NCBI GenBank assembly: GCA_052139695.1
Contig: JBKQWF010000243.1
Coordinates: 1,338 to 65,337, forward strand
DNA length: 64,000 nt
Reading direction: 5' to 3'
Source: Limisphaerales bacterium
GTDB taxonomy: Bacteria > Verrucomicrobiota > Verrucomicrobiia > Limisphaerales > Palsa-1400
Under the pieces are notes generated by a model. It did no database searches. It was not told where the DNA came from and worked only from the letters and a program-made list of their open reading frames with translations. The translations under genes and the position numbers were made by a program. Below, piece by piece: positions 28,107 to 37,512 of this stretch. Position 1 is the first letter of the stretch, and each line of letters starts with the position of its first letter.

Positions 28107-28918
28107 AATACCGCGACGACCGGCACCGGTTGCTAGGAATGGCTGCCATCCTTGTGACGTTGTCCATCTCAATCCCCGTCAGCGCGGCCATATCGAAAGG
28201 GGGAAACTATACGAACGCTGTCGCCGCGGAACAGCAGCGCCTTCTTCTGTTCGATGAGGCGGAACGGTCCCATCAAAAGCAGTTGCAAGTGGGACGAGAC
28301 CGTTACGAGCAGAAACAAACCAACCGGGCCAGGGTCATCGCGGCCATGGCCTCGGAACTTCAGGCCAGGCAACAAGTGGTCGTCATTCATCCGGCGGCGG
28401 CGGAGACCCGTGCCGATGCAGATCAACCGCTCGTGCCGGTTCAGCCTTCGCTGGCGCTGGCAGTGCTGGCCATCGCTTTGATTGGCTTTGGATATTATCG
28501 AAACCGCCAGCGCGCCCGCAATGTTCAGCGGCCAGCGCCGCCACCCCTCCCCGAGCTTCCGCCCCAAGTAGCCGAGCTTTCCATGGAGGACGAAATCTTC
28601 TATTGCAAAGCCTCAGGCGCCAATGGCTGCGGCCGGTACTCGCCAGAAGGGTTCTTGGTGATCAAAGGTTCCATTGGCCGTAAAAGGACCGCGCCATTCA
28701 ACGCCACTGAAACATCGCGGAGCGAGCTGCTGGACGGAGGCGTGGTGCGCGAGGAAGGGGAGAAAGTTATCTTTGAACAGGATCACTTGTTTCCCTCGCC
28801 GGGGGGGGCCGCAACGGCCCTCCTTGGCAGAACGGCGAATGGTTGGATTGAATGGAAAACCGCGGATGGCAAAACGCTCGACATGGTGCAACGGCTGGAG
28901 CGGAAACCCCTGCAATGA
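28103..28918 (+). CDS. Signal peptide + TM protein with a C-terminal DUF4357-like domain
   Basis: ATGA overlap; C-terminus 'GFLVIKGS...F.QD.LF.SP..AA..LLGRTANGWIEWKT.DGKTL'. Confidence 0.75.
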   Translation: MKYRDDRHRLLGMAAILVTLSISIPVSAAISKGGNYTNAVAAEQQRLLLFDEAERSHQKQLQVGRDRYEQKQTNRARVIAAMASELQARQQVVVIHPAAAETRADADQPLVPVQPSLALAVLAIALIGFGYYRNRQRARNVQRPAPPPLPELPPQVAELSMEDEIFYCKASGANGCGRYSPEGFLVIKGSIGRKRTAPFNATETSRSELLDGGVVREEGEKVIFEQDHLFPSPGGAATALLGRTANGWIEWKTADGKTLDMVQRLERKPLQ

Positions 28919-28993
28919 AGTCGAGAGTTGGCGCCTATAATAGTGTGTTGCGACCGCAGCGTAAACCGGGGACGCCCCGGGGAACGCTCTCTT

Positions 28994-29017
28994 TGGTCCG
29001 ATTGCTGAAACGCTTCG
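28994..29017. repeat. Repeat A copy 1 (24 bp; copy 2 at 34079-34102)
   Basis: TGGTCCGATTGCTGAAACGCTTCG vs TGGTCCGATCGCTAAAACGCTTCG, 22/24. Confidence 0.75.
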
Positions 29018-29033
29018 ACGGCATCCTCGATTC

Positions 29034-29075
29034 TCCTTATGATCATCCGGCCGCGCGGTTTCATCACGAACAAAA
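29034..29075. repeat. Repeat B copy 2
   Basis: TCCTTATGATCATCCGGCCGCGCGGTTTCATCACGAACAAAA. Confidence 0.9.
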
Positions 29076-29171
29076 GAACTTGCAAAAACCGGGAATTGGG
29101 GCAAAACCACACAGAGCTTTGGCAGCGGGCCCGTATCTCGAGCAAGGTTTGTCCGCAACCGGTGGTTAACT

Positions 29172-29405
29172 ATGAAAATCGAAGAGTTTTTGGGTGCATT
29201 GGAAGAGTCCTGGGAAGTGCCGCCTGGCACACTCAAACCCGAGGCTTCGCTCGACTCGCTGGGTTGCTGGGACTCCATGGCGGCTCTCGTATTCATGTCT
29301 CTGGCCGACCAAAAACTGGAGGTTGCAATCTCCGGTTCGGATGTGCAGAAGTGCCAGACGGTTCAAGATCTGATTGCCCTGCTGGGGAATCGGATTACGG
29401 GCTGA
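29172..29405 (+). CDS. Acyl carrier protein
   Basis: 77 aa, acidic, 'WDSMAAL' phosphopantetheine Ser, 'TVQDL'. Confidence 0.88.
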   Translation: MKIEEFLGALEESWEVPPGTLKPEASLDSLGCWDSMAALVFMSLADQKLEVAISGSDVQKCQTVQDLIALLGNRITG

Positions 29406-29410
29406 TGTAG

Positions 29411-30172
29411 ATGATGATTAATCCTCTCGATTTGTCGGGCGCCATCATCATGGTTACCGGCGCATCCGCGGGGATTGGCAAAACCACCGCGCAAATCCTC
29501 AGTCAACTCGGGGCCAGGATTATCCTGGTAAGCCGGAAGGCTGAAACTCTGAACGAAACGCTTAAAACCCTGGCCGGGGATGGCCATCTGGTTGCTCCAT
29601 TTGACTTCGACAACGCCGGCGCGATTGAGGCCTGGTTTAAGGACACGGTGCCTCAGGTCGGGCCGTTGAATGGCTTGGTGCATTGCGCCGGCGCTCAGGT
29701 TCTTCGCCCTTTGAAATTAACCAGTGTCGCGGAAACGGAGCTCTTACTGCGTTGCAATGTGGTTTCCGGTTTGGCTTTGGCAAAGGCCTTTCGCCAAAAA
29801 GGCTTTCATGCCCCGCGGGCAAGCCTGGTTTATGTTTCCTCGGTAATGGGCTTGGTGGGAGCACCCGGCAGAACCTCCTACTGTGCTTCCAAGGGTGCGG
29901 TGCATGGCATGGTGAAGGCCCTCGCTTTGGAATTGGCCGCGGACGACATCCGGTGCAACTGCGTGGCGCCTGGTTTTGTCCGCACCGGCGTGTTGGAAAG
30001 CGTGGCCATCACCTTGGGCCCGGAAGCCTTTGCCGCCTTGCAGAAAAAGCATCCCCTCGGCTTCGGCGAGCCGGAGGATGTGGCCCACGCCATCGCGTTC
30101 CTCCTTGCCCGGACTTCCCGCTGGATTACGGGGACTGCATTAGTGGTTGACGGGGGCTACACCGCGCTTTAA
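29411..30172 (+). CDS. SDR oxidoreductase (FabG-like)
   Basis: 'TGASAGIG', 'HCAG', 'YCASK', 'NCVAPG', 'VDGG'. Confidence 0.93.
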   Translation: MMINPLDLSGAIIMVTGASAGIGKTTAQILSQLGARIILVSRKAETLNETLKTLAGDGHLVAPFDFDNAGAIEAWFKDTVPQVGPLNGLVHCAGAQVLRPLKLTSVAETELLLRCNVVSGLALAKAFRQKGFHAPRASLVYVSSVMGLVGAPGRTSYCASKGAVHGMVKALALELAADDIRCNCVAPGFVRTGVLESVAITLGPEAFAALQKKHPLGFGEPEDVAHAIAFLLARTSRWITGTALVVDGGYTAL

Positions 30173-30182
30173 CGATGAACAC

Positions 30183-31241
30183 ATGCGCGGACTACCCGCA
30201 ATATCAAGTGTGGAAACGGAGTTGCCGCGGACGACCCTCGACAACAGCCAGCTCGCGGCGGAGTTTAAAAACTGGACGGCTGAAAAAATCTTAGCGAAGA
30301 CCGGCATCCGCACACGGCATATCGCCGGCCCGGATGAATGCGCCTCGGATTTGGCGGTCGGCGCCGCAAAAAAACTGCTGGCCCGCGACTCCTGCCCGCG
30401 CGCGGAAATCGACTACTTGATTTACTGCACGCAAAGCCCGGATTATTTGCTCCCCACGACGGCCTGCCTGATCCAGGAACGCCTGGAGTTGTCCAATACC
30501 TGCGCGGCGCTTGATTTTAACCTGGGTTGCTCCGGTTACATCTACGGCCTGGGCCTGGCCAAAGCCTTGATTGAAAGCAGACAGGCTAACGCCGTCTTGT
30601 TTTTAACCGCCGATACTTACAGCAAATTCATCAATCCCAAAGACCAAAGCGTCCGCACTCTTTTCGGCGACGCCGGCACCGCGACCCTCATCCGGGCGGG
30701 AGTGGGGCCGGGCAAGCTGGCGGGGCCTTTCGTTTATGGAACGGATGGGAGGGGGAAGAACAACCTGATCGTGCCCACGCGAGGTTTGAAACAAAAATTC
30801 GTGGACGGGGCGGAGCTGATCGCCGACGAAGCGGGCAATTCACGGACGGTCAATGATCTATTCATGAACGGCCCGGAAATATTTTCGTTTTCTTTGAAAG
30901 TGGTGCCGGACACCGTTTCCCGCCTTCTGGAAACTGCCGAGGTAAGTTTGGAGCAAATCGACCTGTTCGTGTTCCATCAGGCCAACCTGTTCATGCTGGA
31001 ACACCTGAGAAAAAAACTCGCCATCCCGCGGGAACGCTTTTGCGTTGACATGGAGGATGTGGGCAACACCGTGTCCTCCACCATTCCAATTGCGTTGAGC
31101 CGGATGATCGCGGCTAAAAGAATCAAGCCCGGCGCTCTGGTCATGCTGGTGGGTTTTGGCGTGGGTTATTCCTGGGGGGCCACGCTGCTGCGCTGGGAAA
31201 GCGAACCGCCAGGCGGCGAATTGGGGAAAAGTCCATCATGA
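30183..31241 (+). CDS. Ketoacyl-ACP synthase III (FabH-like)
   Basis: Triad 'NLGCSGY', 'FHQAN', 'GNTVSSTIP'; 'GFGVGYSWG'. Confidence 0.92.
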   Translation: MRGLPAISSVETELPRTTLDNSQLAAEFKNWTAEKILAKTGIRTRHIAGPDECASDLAVGAAKKLLARDSCPRAEIDYLIYCTQSPDYLLPTTACLIQERLELSNTCAALDFNLGCSGYIYGLGLAKALIESRQANAVLFLTADTYSKFINPKDQSVRTLFGDAGTATLIRAGVGPGKLAGPFVYGTDGRGKNNLIVPTRGLKQKFVDGAELIADEAGNSRTVNDLFMNGPEIFSFSLKVVPDTVSRLLETAEVSLEQIDLFVFHQANLFMLEHLRKKLAIPRERFCVDMEDVGNTVSSTIPIALSRMIAAKRIKPGALVMLVGFGVGYSWGATLLRWESEPPGGELGKSPS

Positions 31242-31741
31242 AAAAAAATGCCCTGCGCAGACTCCAGATTCGCCTCTTCGGCGTCCTGGCCCGCCTGGCT
31301 CCGGGCGCGGAGAGTGTGCGGCCTTGGCTGCACCGCCTGCGCGGGGTGAAGATTTCAGGTTCGGTTTTTATTGGTGAAGATGTGCTGATTGAAACCGAGT
31401 ATCCCGAGTGCGTGGAGATTCACGACGCCGTTTCCATCAGTATGCGCGCGATCATCGTTGCCCACACGCGCGGCGTCGGCAAAGTGATCCTGGAAAAGAA
31501 TTGTTTCATCGGACCGAATGCGGTCCTTTGTTGTTCGGTGGGCAAAGTGTTGCGGGTGGGGGAAGGAGCGGTGGTCAGCGCGGGATCGGTTATTACGCGG
31601 AGTGTTCCGGCGCGCACCATGGTGGCGCCGCCGCCCACGCGAGCCGTCGCCACTCTGGACGTGCCCTTTACCAACGATGTCACCATGGAGCAATTTCTCT
31701 CCGGCTTAAAACTGCTGGGAGATCGCAAGCCTCGCCGGTGA
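31238..31741 (+). CDS. Hexapeptide-repeat acyltransferase
   Basis: 'RGVKI...VFIG', 'CFIGPNA', 'VGEGAVVSAGSVITRSVP'. Confidence 0.85.
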   Translation: MKKNALRRLQIRLFGVLARLAPGAESVRPWLHRLRGVKISGSVFIGEDVLIETEYPECVEIHDAVSISMRAIIVAHTRGVGKVILEKNCFIGPNAVLCCSVGKVLRVGEGAVVSAGSVITRSVPARTMVAPPPTRAVATLDVPFTNDVTMEQFLSGLKLLGDRKPRR

Positions 31742-33528
31742 TGGATGACCCCATGTCCGCCGTTCTCGTCCAACTTTGCCTCGAAACAGCTTCCGTCGCG
31801 GATGTCTGCGTGGCGGGGATTGCGGAATTGGCAGGTTTGCGGGTGGTGGCAGTCAAAGACCTTCACCAGGCCCTCGCGGAGTTGAAGAGCGTGGCGGAAG
31901 GGGGCAATTGGCCGGTGGTTTTGGCGCTCAGTGGCTCAACGGCCCTGCATCTCCGTCCCTCCGCCAAAGGGTTAAACGAGGAAGTGGTGAGAGAACTGCG
32001 GGGATTGGCCAGTTTTTTCGTTTATGATTTTCCGCCAAAACAAGGCACTGAATTATTGGGACAGTGGGTGCCGCCGCACCGAGGGGCTTCAGTCGAGTGT
32101 CTCCCCGCGGGGCCAATGACTTATGAGTTTCATGAAGCCGCCAAGCCGCCCCTCGCAGGTCACTCTTTCACTTCTATGGCGGCCAAGCCGCTCAGGGTCT
32201 TCGCGATTCAGGAGAGCTTGGAAACCGCGACTATTCTCCTCTCGGTGAAGGCGCGGCCACTTTTGATCTCTCATGCTCATGGCGGCGCGGTTGATTATTT
32301 TCTCAGTGAAGGTCCCGGGATTTGCGTGGATATGCCCCTGACCCAGCCGCGGAGTTGGCAGGATTACCATGCCGGGGTGTTGCCGACCGCGCTGGCGCTG
32401 AAGCGGATGTTCGCGCAATATTGCTGGCACAATCCTTTTCCCGCCGCCTGCATGGTGATTGACGATCCTTTGTTGCAAAGCCGATATGGCTGGTTCCAGT
32501 ACGCCGAAGTGCTCGCGGAACTGACGGCGAAGGATTATACGATGACGGTTGCCTTCATCCCCTCCAATTACCGCCGCAGCGACCCGCAAGTGGCGGCGCA
32601 AGTCGCCCGCCATGCGAACCTCTTGTCCATTTGTGTCCACGGCTGCGACCATACAGGCGGGGAGTTTGGTGAAACTAACGCCCGATCCATAGAAAGCAAG
32701 TCGGCCGCCGCCATGGCGCACATGGAAGAACATCAAAGTCTCACGGGTTTGGACTTCGATTCCGTCATGGTCTTTCCGCAGGGTCTCTACTCCAGTTGCG
32801 CTCTGTCCGCGCTTAAACATTGCGGCTATCTGGCGGCGGTCAACACCGAGCCTTATCCGACCGATCATTCGACCTCCCCCATCACCCTTGCCGACGTTTT
32901 TGGCCTGGCGATGACGCGCTTCGATTCGTTTCCGCTTTTTACGCGGCACTATCCGAAGGCGTTGTTTGATTTCGCGGTGGACCTTTTTTGGGGCAAGCCC
33001 GCCCTCGTGGTGGAACATCATGACTATTTCCGAAACGGGCCGGGCGGCGCCACCGCATTTGTCAATCAACTCCGGCAACTGGACCCGCGGCTTGAGTGGC
33101 TTACTTTGGAAAAAGCGTTGATCCGCTCCGGCCATTATCAACTCATCGGCCCCGGAAGCTACGCCGTCAAATTCGTCACGGCCACTTTTCTCTTGCGCAA
33201 CCCGCTGCCGCAACGGGCCCGTTTTGATTGCCGCAAGCCGGAAAGTGAACCAGAGCGGATTTTGAACGCGACCGTTGACGGAAAAGACGTTCCTTATCGG
33301 ATGGAGGCCGGCAATGTGTGTTTGATACTTGATCTGGAAGCGGGAGAACAGCGCGCCATCGCGCTGCAATATAAACCGTACCAGGCTTGCCGGGTGGAGC
33401 GGTCTCCAAAATATAAACTGAAGGCGTTCGTTCGACGCCGGCTGTCTGAGTTCCGAGATAATCACCTGGCCCGAAACGAACGTGCGTTGGAACTGGCCAA
33501 GACCCTGAAACGATGGCTGCGTGCCTGA
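31741..33528 (+). CDS. Polysaccharide-deacetylase-like (NodB fold) protein
   Basis: TGATG coupling at 31739-31743; 'VIDDP', 'VHGCDH', 'MVFPQG', 'HH' motifs. Confidence 0.65.
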   Translation: MDDPMSAVLVQLCLETASVADVCVAGIAELAGLRVVAVKDLHQALAELKSVAEGGNWPVVLALSGSTALHLRPSAKGLNEEVVRELRGLASFFVYDFPPKQGTELLGQWVPPHRGASVECLPAGPMTYEFHEAAKPPLAGHSFTSMAAKPLRVFAIQESLETATILLSVKARPLLISHAHGGAVDYFLSEGPGICVDMPLTQPRSWQDYHAGVLPTALALKRMFAQYCWHNPFPAACMVIDDPLLQSRYGWFQYAEVLAELTAKDYTMTVAFIPSNYRRSDPQVAAQVARHANLLSICVHGCDHTGGEFGETNARSIESKSAAAMAHMEEHQSLTGLDFDSVMVFPQGLYSSCALSALKHCGYLAAVNTEPYPTDHSTSPITLADVFGLAMTRFDSFPLFTRHYPKALFDFAVDLFWGKPALVVEHHDYFRNGPGGATAFVNQLRQLDPRLEWLTLEKALIRSGHYQLIGPGSYAVKFVTATFLLRNPLPQRARFDCRKPESEPERILNATVDGKDVPYRMEAGNVCLILDLEAGEQRAIALQYKPYQACRVERSPKYKLKAFVRRRLSEFRDNHLARNERALELAKTLKRWLRA

Positions 33529-34023
33529 ATGCGGCCAAGCAGCTCAGATACTTCTCGCGCGCAAATGAAACAGTTTCCTGAAAGGCCCAAATATCAAGTG
33601 AGTTCCACCTTGCCGGCGGCGGACAGGGCGGCTTTGGAGAGGCTGTTTTTCTTTAATGAGAATCAAGCGCGGCTGCGCGACTCGGTCGTGCGCGCGGTGG
33701 AAGGATATGGCGGTCCGAAAATCGTAAGAAGGGAAGGGATGTTGCGTCTTGTCCTGCCCCGCATTGAAAATGCCCAGACCCTTTACTTTCGCACAAACGA
33801 GTTCAATCCGCTGCTGGTCGGGGTGGTGGTGTATGTGCGGGAAGAGCGCAATTTGAAGGTCCTTTTTTGGGCGCTGCGACCGGATTGCACCTGCGAGAGC
33901 CAGCCTGGACAATACCTTTTGCTTGAAATTGTCGAGACGCTGAAAGACGTGGGCAGCAGAATCGTTGGAGTAGATGGTATCGCGTTTGAGTTTGGCTCTC
34001 GCGAATACAAGCTTCGCATTTGA
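33529..34023 (+). CDS. Hypothetical protein
   Basis: Directly follows the previous stop; coding-like composition. Confidence 0.65.
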   Translation: MRPSSSDTSRAQMKQFPERPKYQVSSTLPAADRAALERLFFFNENQARLRDSVVRAVEGYGGPKIVRREGMLRLVLPRIENAQTLYFRTNEFNPLLVGVVVYVREERNLKVLFWALRPDCTCESQPGQYLLLEIVETLKDVGSRIVGVDGIAFEFGSREYKLRI

Positions 34024-34078
34024 GTGGGTTGATGGCGCGTGGCGCGGGGCCCGCGCACCTTCTCCTGAGGGGACTTCC

Positions 34079-34102
34079 TGGTCCGATCGCTAAAACGCTT
34101 CG
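34079..34102. repeat. Repeat A copy 2, just past the sialidase stop
   Basis: TGGTCCGATCGCTAAAACGCTTCG. Confidence 0.75.
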
Positions 34103-34106
34103 TTGA

Positions 34107-35339
34107 TCACGGTCCTGATCGGGGTGGCTTCCCAGGCGATGGAACCGGCTCCAAGGCGTCAAGAAAAGCAGCGCCGAAGACGGCGAACACAATCCGCTCA
34201 TAGGGGGTGTTGTCGCCGCATTCGAAGAGCAGCCCTGCCTTTCCCCCTGGCAGCTTGACCATATCCGAGTAAGCCGAAGGCCCCTCAAATATCACCTTCG
34301 CCGTGCTCCAGGTTCGCGTCTCGTCGAAGCTGCTCCAAACCTTCATCTGGCGGCGCTCGGAAGGGTCGCCCGGGGCGGAAAACAGAATGCGGTTGGTCTG
34401 GCCTCCTTGGTCGATGGCGAAACAACGCACCACGGAGCTCTCCACGACCGGCGACACGAGGCTGGCCGCGATGGCAAACGGAGCGTCGAACGTCGCGCCC
34501 CCGTCACTGCTGCGGGCAAAGGCGCGGTGGCCCTCGACAGTGCCTTCTTGACAGCGGGCGGCGACGTAAATCCGCCCATCGGTCAGTTCCACGGCGGAGC
34601 ATTCATTGGGGTTGACCCGGCCATCGTTCGGGCTGTCGTCGGCCCCAATGCGCCACGTCGCTCCAGCGTCATCGCTCAAGAGCAAGTGCGCTCCGCCCGC
34701 TGACCAGTCGGCGGAGTGGCTGGTACTATGATTGCACGGAGCGATGAGCCGGCCAGCGTGCGCGCCGCGCGCCAGTTGGATTCCATGTCCCGGTCCGGTG
34801 GCGTAATACCGCCAATCCGCTCGTTTAGCGGTGGACGTTATCTCTCTGGCCGCGCTCCAGGTCGCCCCGTTATCACCGCTTTCTTGCACGAAAGCGCGGC
34901 GATCTTTTACTGTGCCCGCCAGCACCTCATTTTCCGTGACGTTGCCGGCGTTGCGGCTGGTCAGCAGCAGGATTTTGCCGGTCAACACATCGACGATGGG
35001 CGTAGGGTTGCCGAAGGTATTGGTGCCATCACCGCCTATGAACTGAAGGGGCCCCCAAGTCAGTCCATTGTCGAAACTGCGTTTAAGAACCAAGTCAATC
35101 GCGCCGATGTCGCCGGAATTATTCCTGCGGCCTTCGGCAAAGGCCAGCAAAGTCCCGTTGCTGGCGCGGACGACGGCTGGAATGCGGAAAGTGTGATAGC
35201 CTTGGGTTCCGCTGCGGAATACCTGCACCTGGGATGGCGCGATGCCAGCGGTCGCTGCCGGGCTTATCAACAGCAGGAAAGCCATAGTCACGATAAGGAT
35301 TCGCGACCTGGCAACCGTCGCAACCGCGGCAATTCTCAT
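34107..35339 (-). CDS. Sialidase (GH33, BNR repeats), secreted
   Basis: 'FRIP' motif; Asp boxes SFDNGLTW, SGDNGATW, SDDAGATW, SSDGGATF, SFDETRTW; 'AYS'. Confidence 0.93.
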   Translation of the reverse strand: MRIAAVATVARSRILIVTMAFLLLISPAATAGIAPSQVQVFRSGTQGYHTFRIPAVVRASNGTLLAFAEGRRNNSGDIGAIDLVLKRSFDNGLTWGPLQFIGGDGTNTFGNPTPIVDVLTGKILLLTSRNAGNVTENEVLAGTVKDRRAFVQESGDNGATWSAAREITSTAKRADWRYYATGPGHGIQLARGAHAGRLIAPCNHSTSHSADWSAGGAHLLLSDDAGATWRIGADDSPNDGRVNPNECSAVELTDGRIYVAARCQEGTVEGHRAFARSSDGGATFDAPFAIAASLVSPVVESSVVRCFAIDQGGQTNRILFSAPGDPSERRQMKVWSSFDETRTWSTAKVIFEGPSAYSDMVKLPGGKAGLLFECGDNTPYERIVFAVFGAAFLDALEPVPSPGKPPRSGP

Positions 35340-35342
35340 GGG

Positions 35343-36701
35343 TCAGTCAAACGAGCGATATTGTGCCGGCGCCTTGCCCGCCGATTCGATCACTTTCGGT
35401 TCCCGCAGCCGGCAGGGTTCGGCCTCAATTTGTTCCAGACGCACCTTGAATTGCCAATCGTCTCCGTAGTCAAAGGTGAAGAGCATTTCGCCTCCCACCG
35501 CCAGGTCCGTTTCACCCACCGCAATTTCCGGCGTGAAGGGCCCTTCGTCCGTGCAAGGATGATTATAAACGCGACCCTTGCCGCGCTGGTCGCGATAGCG
35601 GAAGTCGTACAGGTGGTCGTCGTCCAACTTAAAGGCGTGAAGGATTGCTCCTGCCAACCCGTCCAATGAAATACCCGGCGGCACGGCGAATCGGCGCCAG
35701 ATGCTGCTGCCGTCATCCCACCCCGCATACCATCGTGCAAGGCCGACCTTGAAAATGTGGGCTCCCCGCCTTGGTTCGACGACCGGGCGCGCATAAACAG
35801 TCTGAAATTCAGGGAAGTAGGGATTGAATATCGGCTGAAGCATCCCGAACTCGGCCTGCGGCTCGGTCTCAGCCGCCTCTTCTTCCGACTCGGACTCCTC
35901 TTCGCTCCCTGCTTCCTCATATTCCTCCTCCATTGCTTTCACGAACTGGACCAGACCCCAAGTGACCGCCGTTCCCCAGGGAGTTAGTTTGGTGCCACCG
36001 GCAAGCCAGCCGCGCCCGCCCCAAGAGCTCCGACCCCGCTGGGAGAAATCCGCCGGTCGGATCTCAATCATCCCGCATTGTTGCAGCACAAATAGCCGCC
36101 ACGGCGGGAACTCGCCCCGGGGTCCAAAAAGGCGCACCGACTCGTAATGGTCAAAATCGCGCCAGCGATCGCTCAGCTGGCCCAGAAAGAACACGGTCAG
36201 TTCGGCGGACTGAGGCTGCTCGCGGGTGCGCTCGCCACCCAAAACCTCGGATTGGGCCTGGAAAAGAAGCGCCTCCAGCAAGGCGAAATATTGCTCCGTG
36301 GCGTTCAGGCTCCGCCAGAAGTCCAGCGCCTCGGGACAAACCATCAGGCGATGGCCCTTCATTTGCAGCAGGTCCATGACGCGAGTCAAAATGAAAATCC
36401 CCGCGAGGTTCGGGTAATCGCGCAGGAGGGCGCGCTTTAACGCCAATTGGACGGGATGACTCACTTTGGCGTTGAGTTCCGTGAGCGATTCGCTGGGCAA
36501 ACTGGCGTTGCGGCTCTTGGTGACGATGCCGCCAGGGCCAACGAACTCCAGCAAAGTGTCAATATCTTTCAGAATGGCGCCGGGATTGCCGACGGCGATC
36601 TGGCAGCCGGTGAGACGCCGTTGGCATTCTCCGGCCAGGCTTTGCCATCGCTTCCAGGACTTGGCCTCAAGGCCATAGGGAGAAAACATATGATCTCGCA
36701 A
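35343..36701 (-). CDS. Protein with a C-terminal pRiA4b ORF-3-like domain
   Basis: 'IWRRFAVP...SLD.L...I..AF..DDDHLY.F', 'FTFDYGDDWQF'. Confidence 0.8.
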   Translation of the reverse strand: MRDHMFSPYGLEAKSWKRWQSLAGECQRRLTGCQIAVGNPGAILKDIDTLLEFVGPGGIVTKSRNASLPSESLTELNAKVSHPVQLALKRALLRDYPNLAGIFILTRVMDLLQMKGHRLMVCPEALDFWRSLNATEQYFALLEALLFQAQSEVLGGERTREQPQSAELTVFFLGQLSDRWRDFDHYESVRLFGPRGEFPPWRLFVLQQCGMIEIRPADFSQRGRSSWGGRGWLAGGTKLTPWGTAVTWGLVQFVKAMEEEYEEAGSEEESESEEEAAETEPQAEFGMLQPIFNPYFPEFQTVYARPVVEPRRGAHIFKVGLARWYAGWDDGSSIWRRFAVPPGISLDGLAGAILHAFKLDDDHLYDFRYRDQRGKGRVYNHPCTDEGPFTPEIAVGETDLAVGGEMLFTFDYGDDWQFKVRLEQIEAEPCRLREPKVIESAGKAPAQYRSFD

Positions 36702-36740
36702 GTTAAACTCTGCTACCGCGTCCCCATCGTTTGCACCCGC

Positions 36741-37436
36741 TTATTCGCTGTAGCCATCCCGCTTCATCAGCGCGCGGCGAAGCTGCGCTTCCGACGTGCG
36801 GGGCCACTTCAGCATCCGCAGGTATGCGTTTGTGCGGGTTGCATCGAACGCCTCTGGATCGAAAGGGCGTCCGAGCCATTCCTTCATTGAATTGTGCTCT
36901 TCGTGCCTGGGGTTGCGGAGAATCTTCACCAAGTCCTGGTAGCCCCCAGGCCCGCCGCAGTCGTCTGGCGGGCAGGCGCGCTTGCCGGCCAGGCATACGG
37001 CGGTTGTCGCCCCGTCGGGCTCCGGCGGCAGGATCTTTTCCACAACGATGGCATGCTGCCAGGTGTCCCCGAAATCATATTCATAATACAAAACATCCTT
37101 TGCGCATGGCGCGACATCCCGGATGGAAAACTTGGCTTCATCCAGGACCTCCGACTCGCCCCCGAACTGTGGGGTATTGACCTGCGGCTCCGAGAAGAGC
37201 CGGCCACCCGCGGCGAACTGATGCAGGTGGCTGTTGGTCCAGCCCATCGCCAATTGGATGACAGCATGGAGCCAGCCCAAGCTGGCGTTGCCGGGCACGG
37301 ATAATCGGCGCCAGATCGCCGGCTTGACGAGTTCCAGCGTGATTTTGATCTGGTACGTGGGCGCGCCCGACGGAGCGCCCGGGCTTTGAGCCCGCTTGGC
37401 GCTTGAACCGTTTTTTGAAAAAGATTCGTTTTTCAC
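36741..37436 (-). CDS. Plasmid pRiA4b ORF-3 family protein
   Basis: 'YQIKITL....PAIWRR', 'LH..IQ.AMGW.N.HLH.F', 'YEYDFGD.W.H', 'G.RACPPDDCGG..GY'. Confidence 0.93.
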   Translation of the reverse strand: MKNESFSKNGSSAKRAQSPGAPSGAPTYQIKITLELVKPAIWRRLSVPGNASLGWLHAVIQLAMGWTNSHLHQFAAGGRLFSEPQVNTPQFGGESEVLDEAKFSIRDVAPCAKDVLYYEYDFGDTWQHAIVVEKILPPEPDGATTAVCLAGKRACPPDDCGGPGGYQDLVKILRNPRHEEHNSMKEWLGRPFDPEAFDATRTNAYLRMLKWPRTSEAQLRRALMKRDGYSE

Positions 37437-37512
37437 AGCGAGTCAAAGGTGGGGCTTGCTACGCGAATTGTGAAGCCGGAAATTAGGAATGTTCGATCAC
37501 ATGGCGCCGGGC

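Noticed and set aside
31408-31740. N-terminal 111 aa of the 706-aa ORF
   Set aside because: Overlaps the acyltransferase in another frame; TGATG coupling gives start 31741
24871-34102. Integron attC sites or prophage att sites for repeats A/B
   Set aside because: No RYYYAAC...GTTRRRY palindromic structure, integrase, tRNA or phage genes in the window
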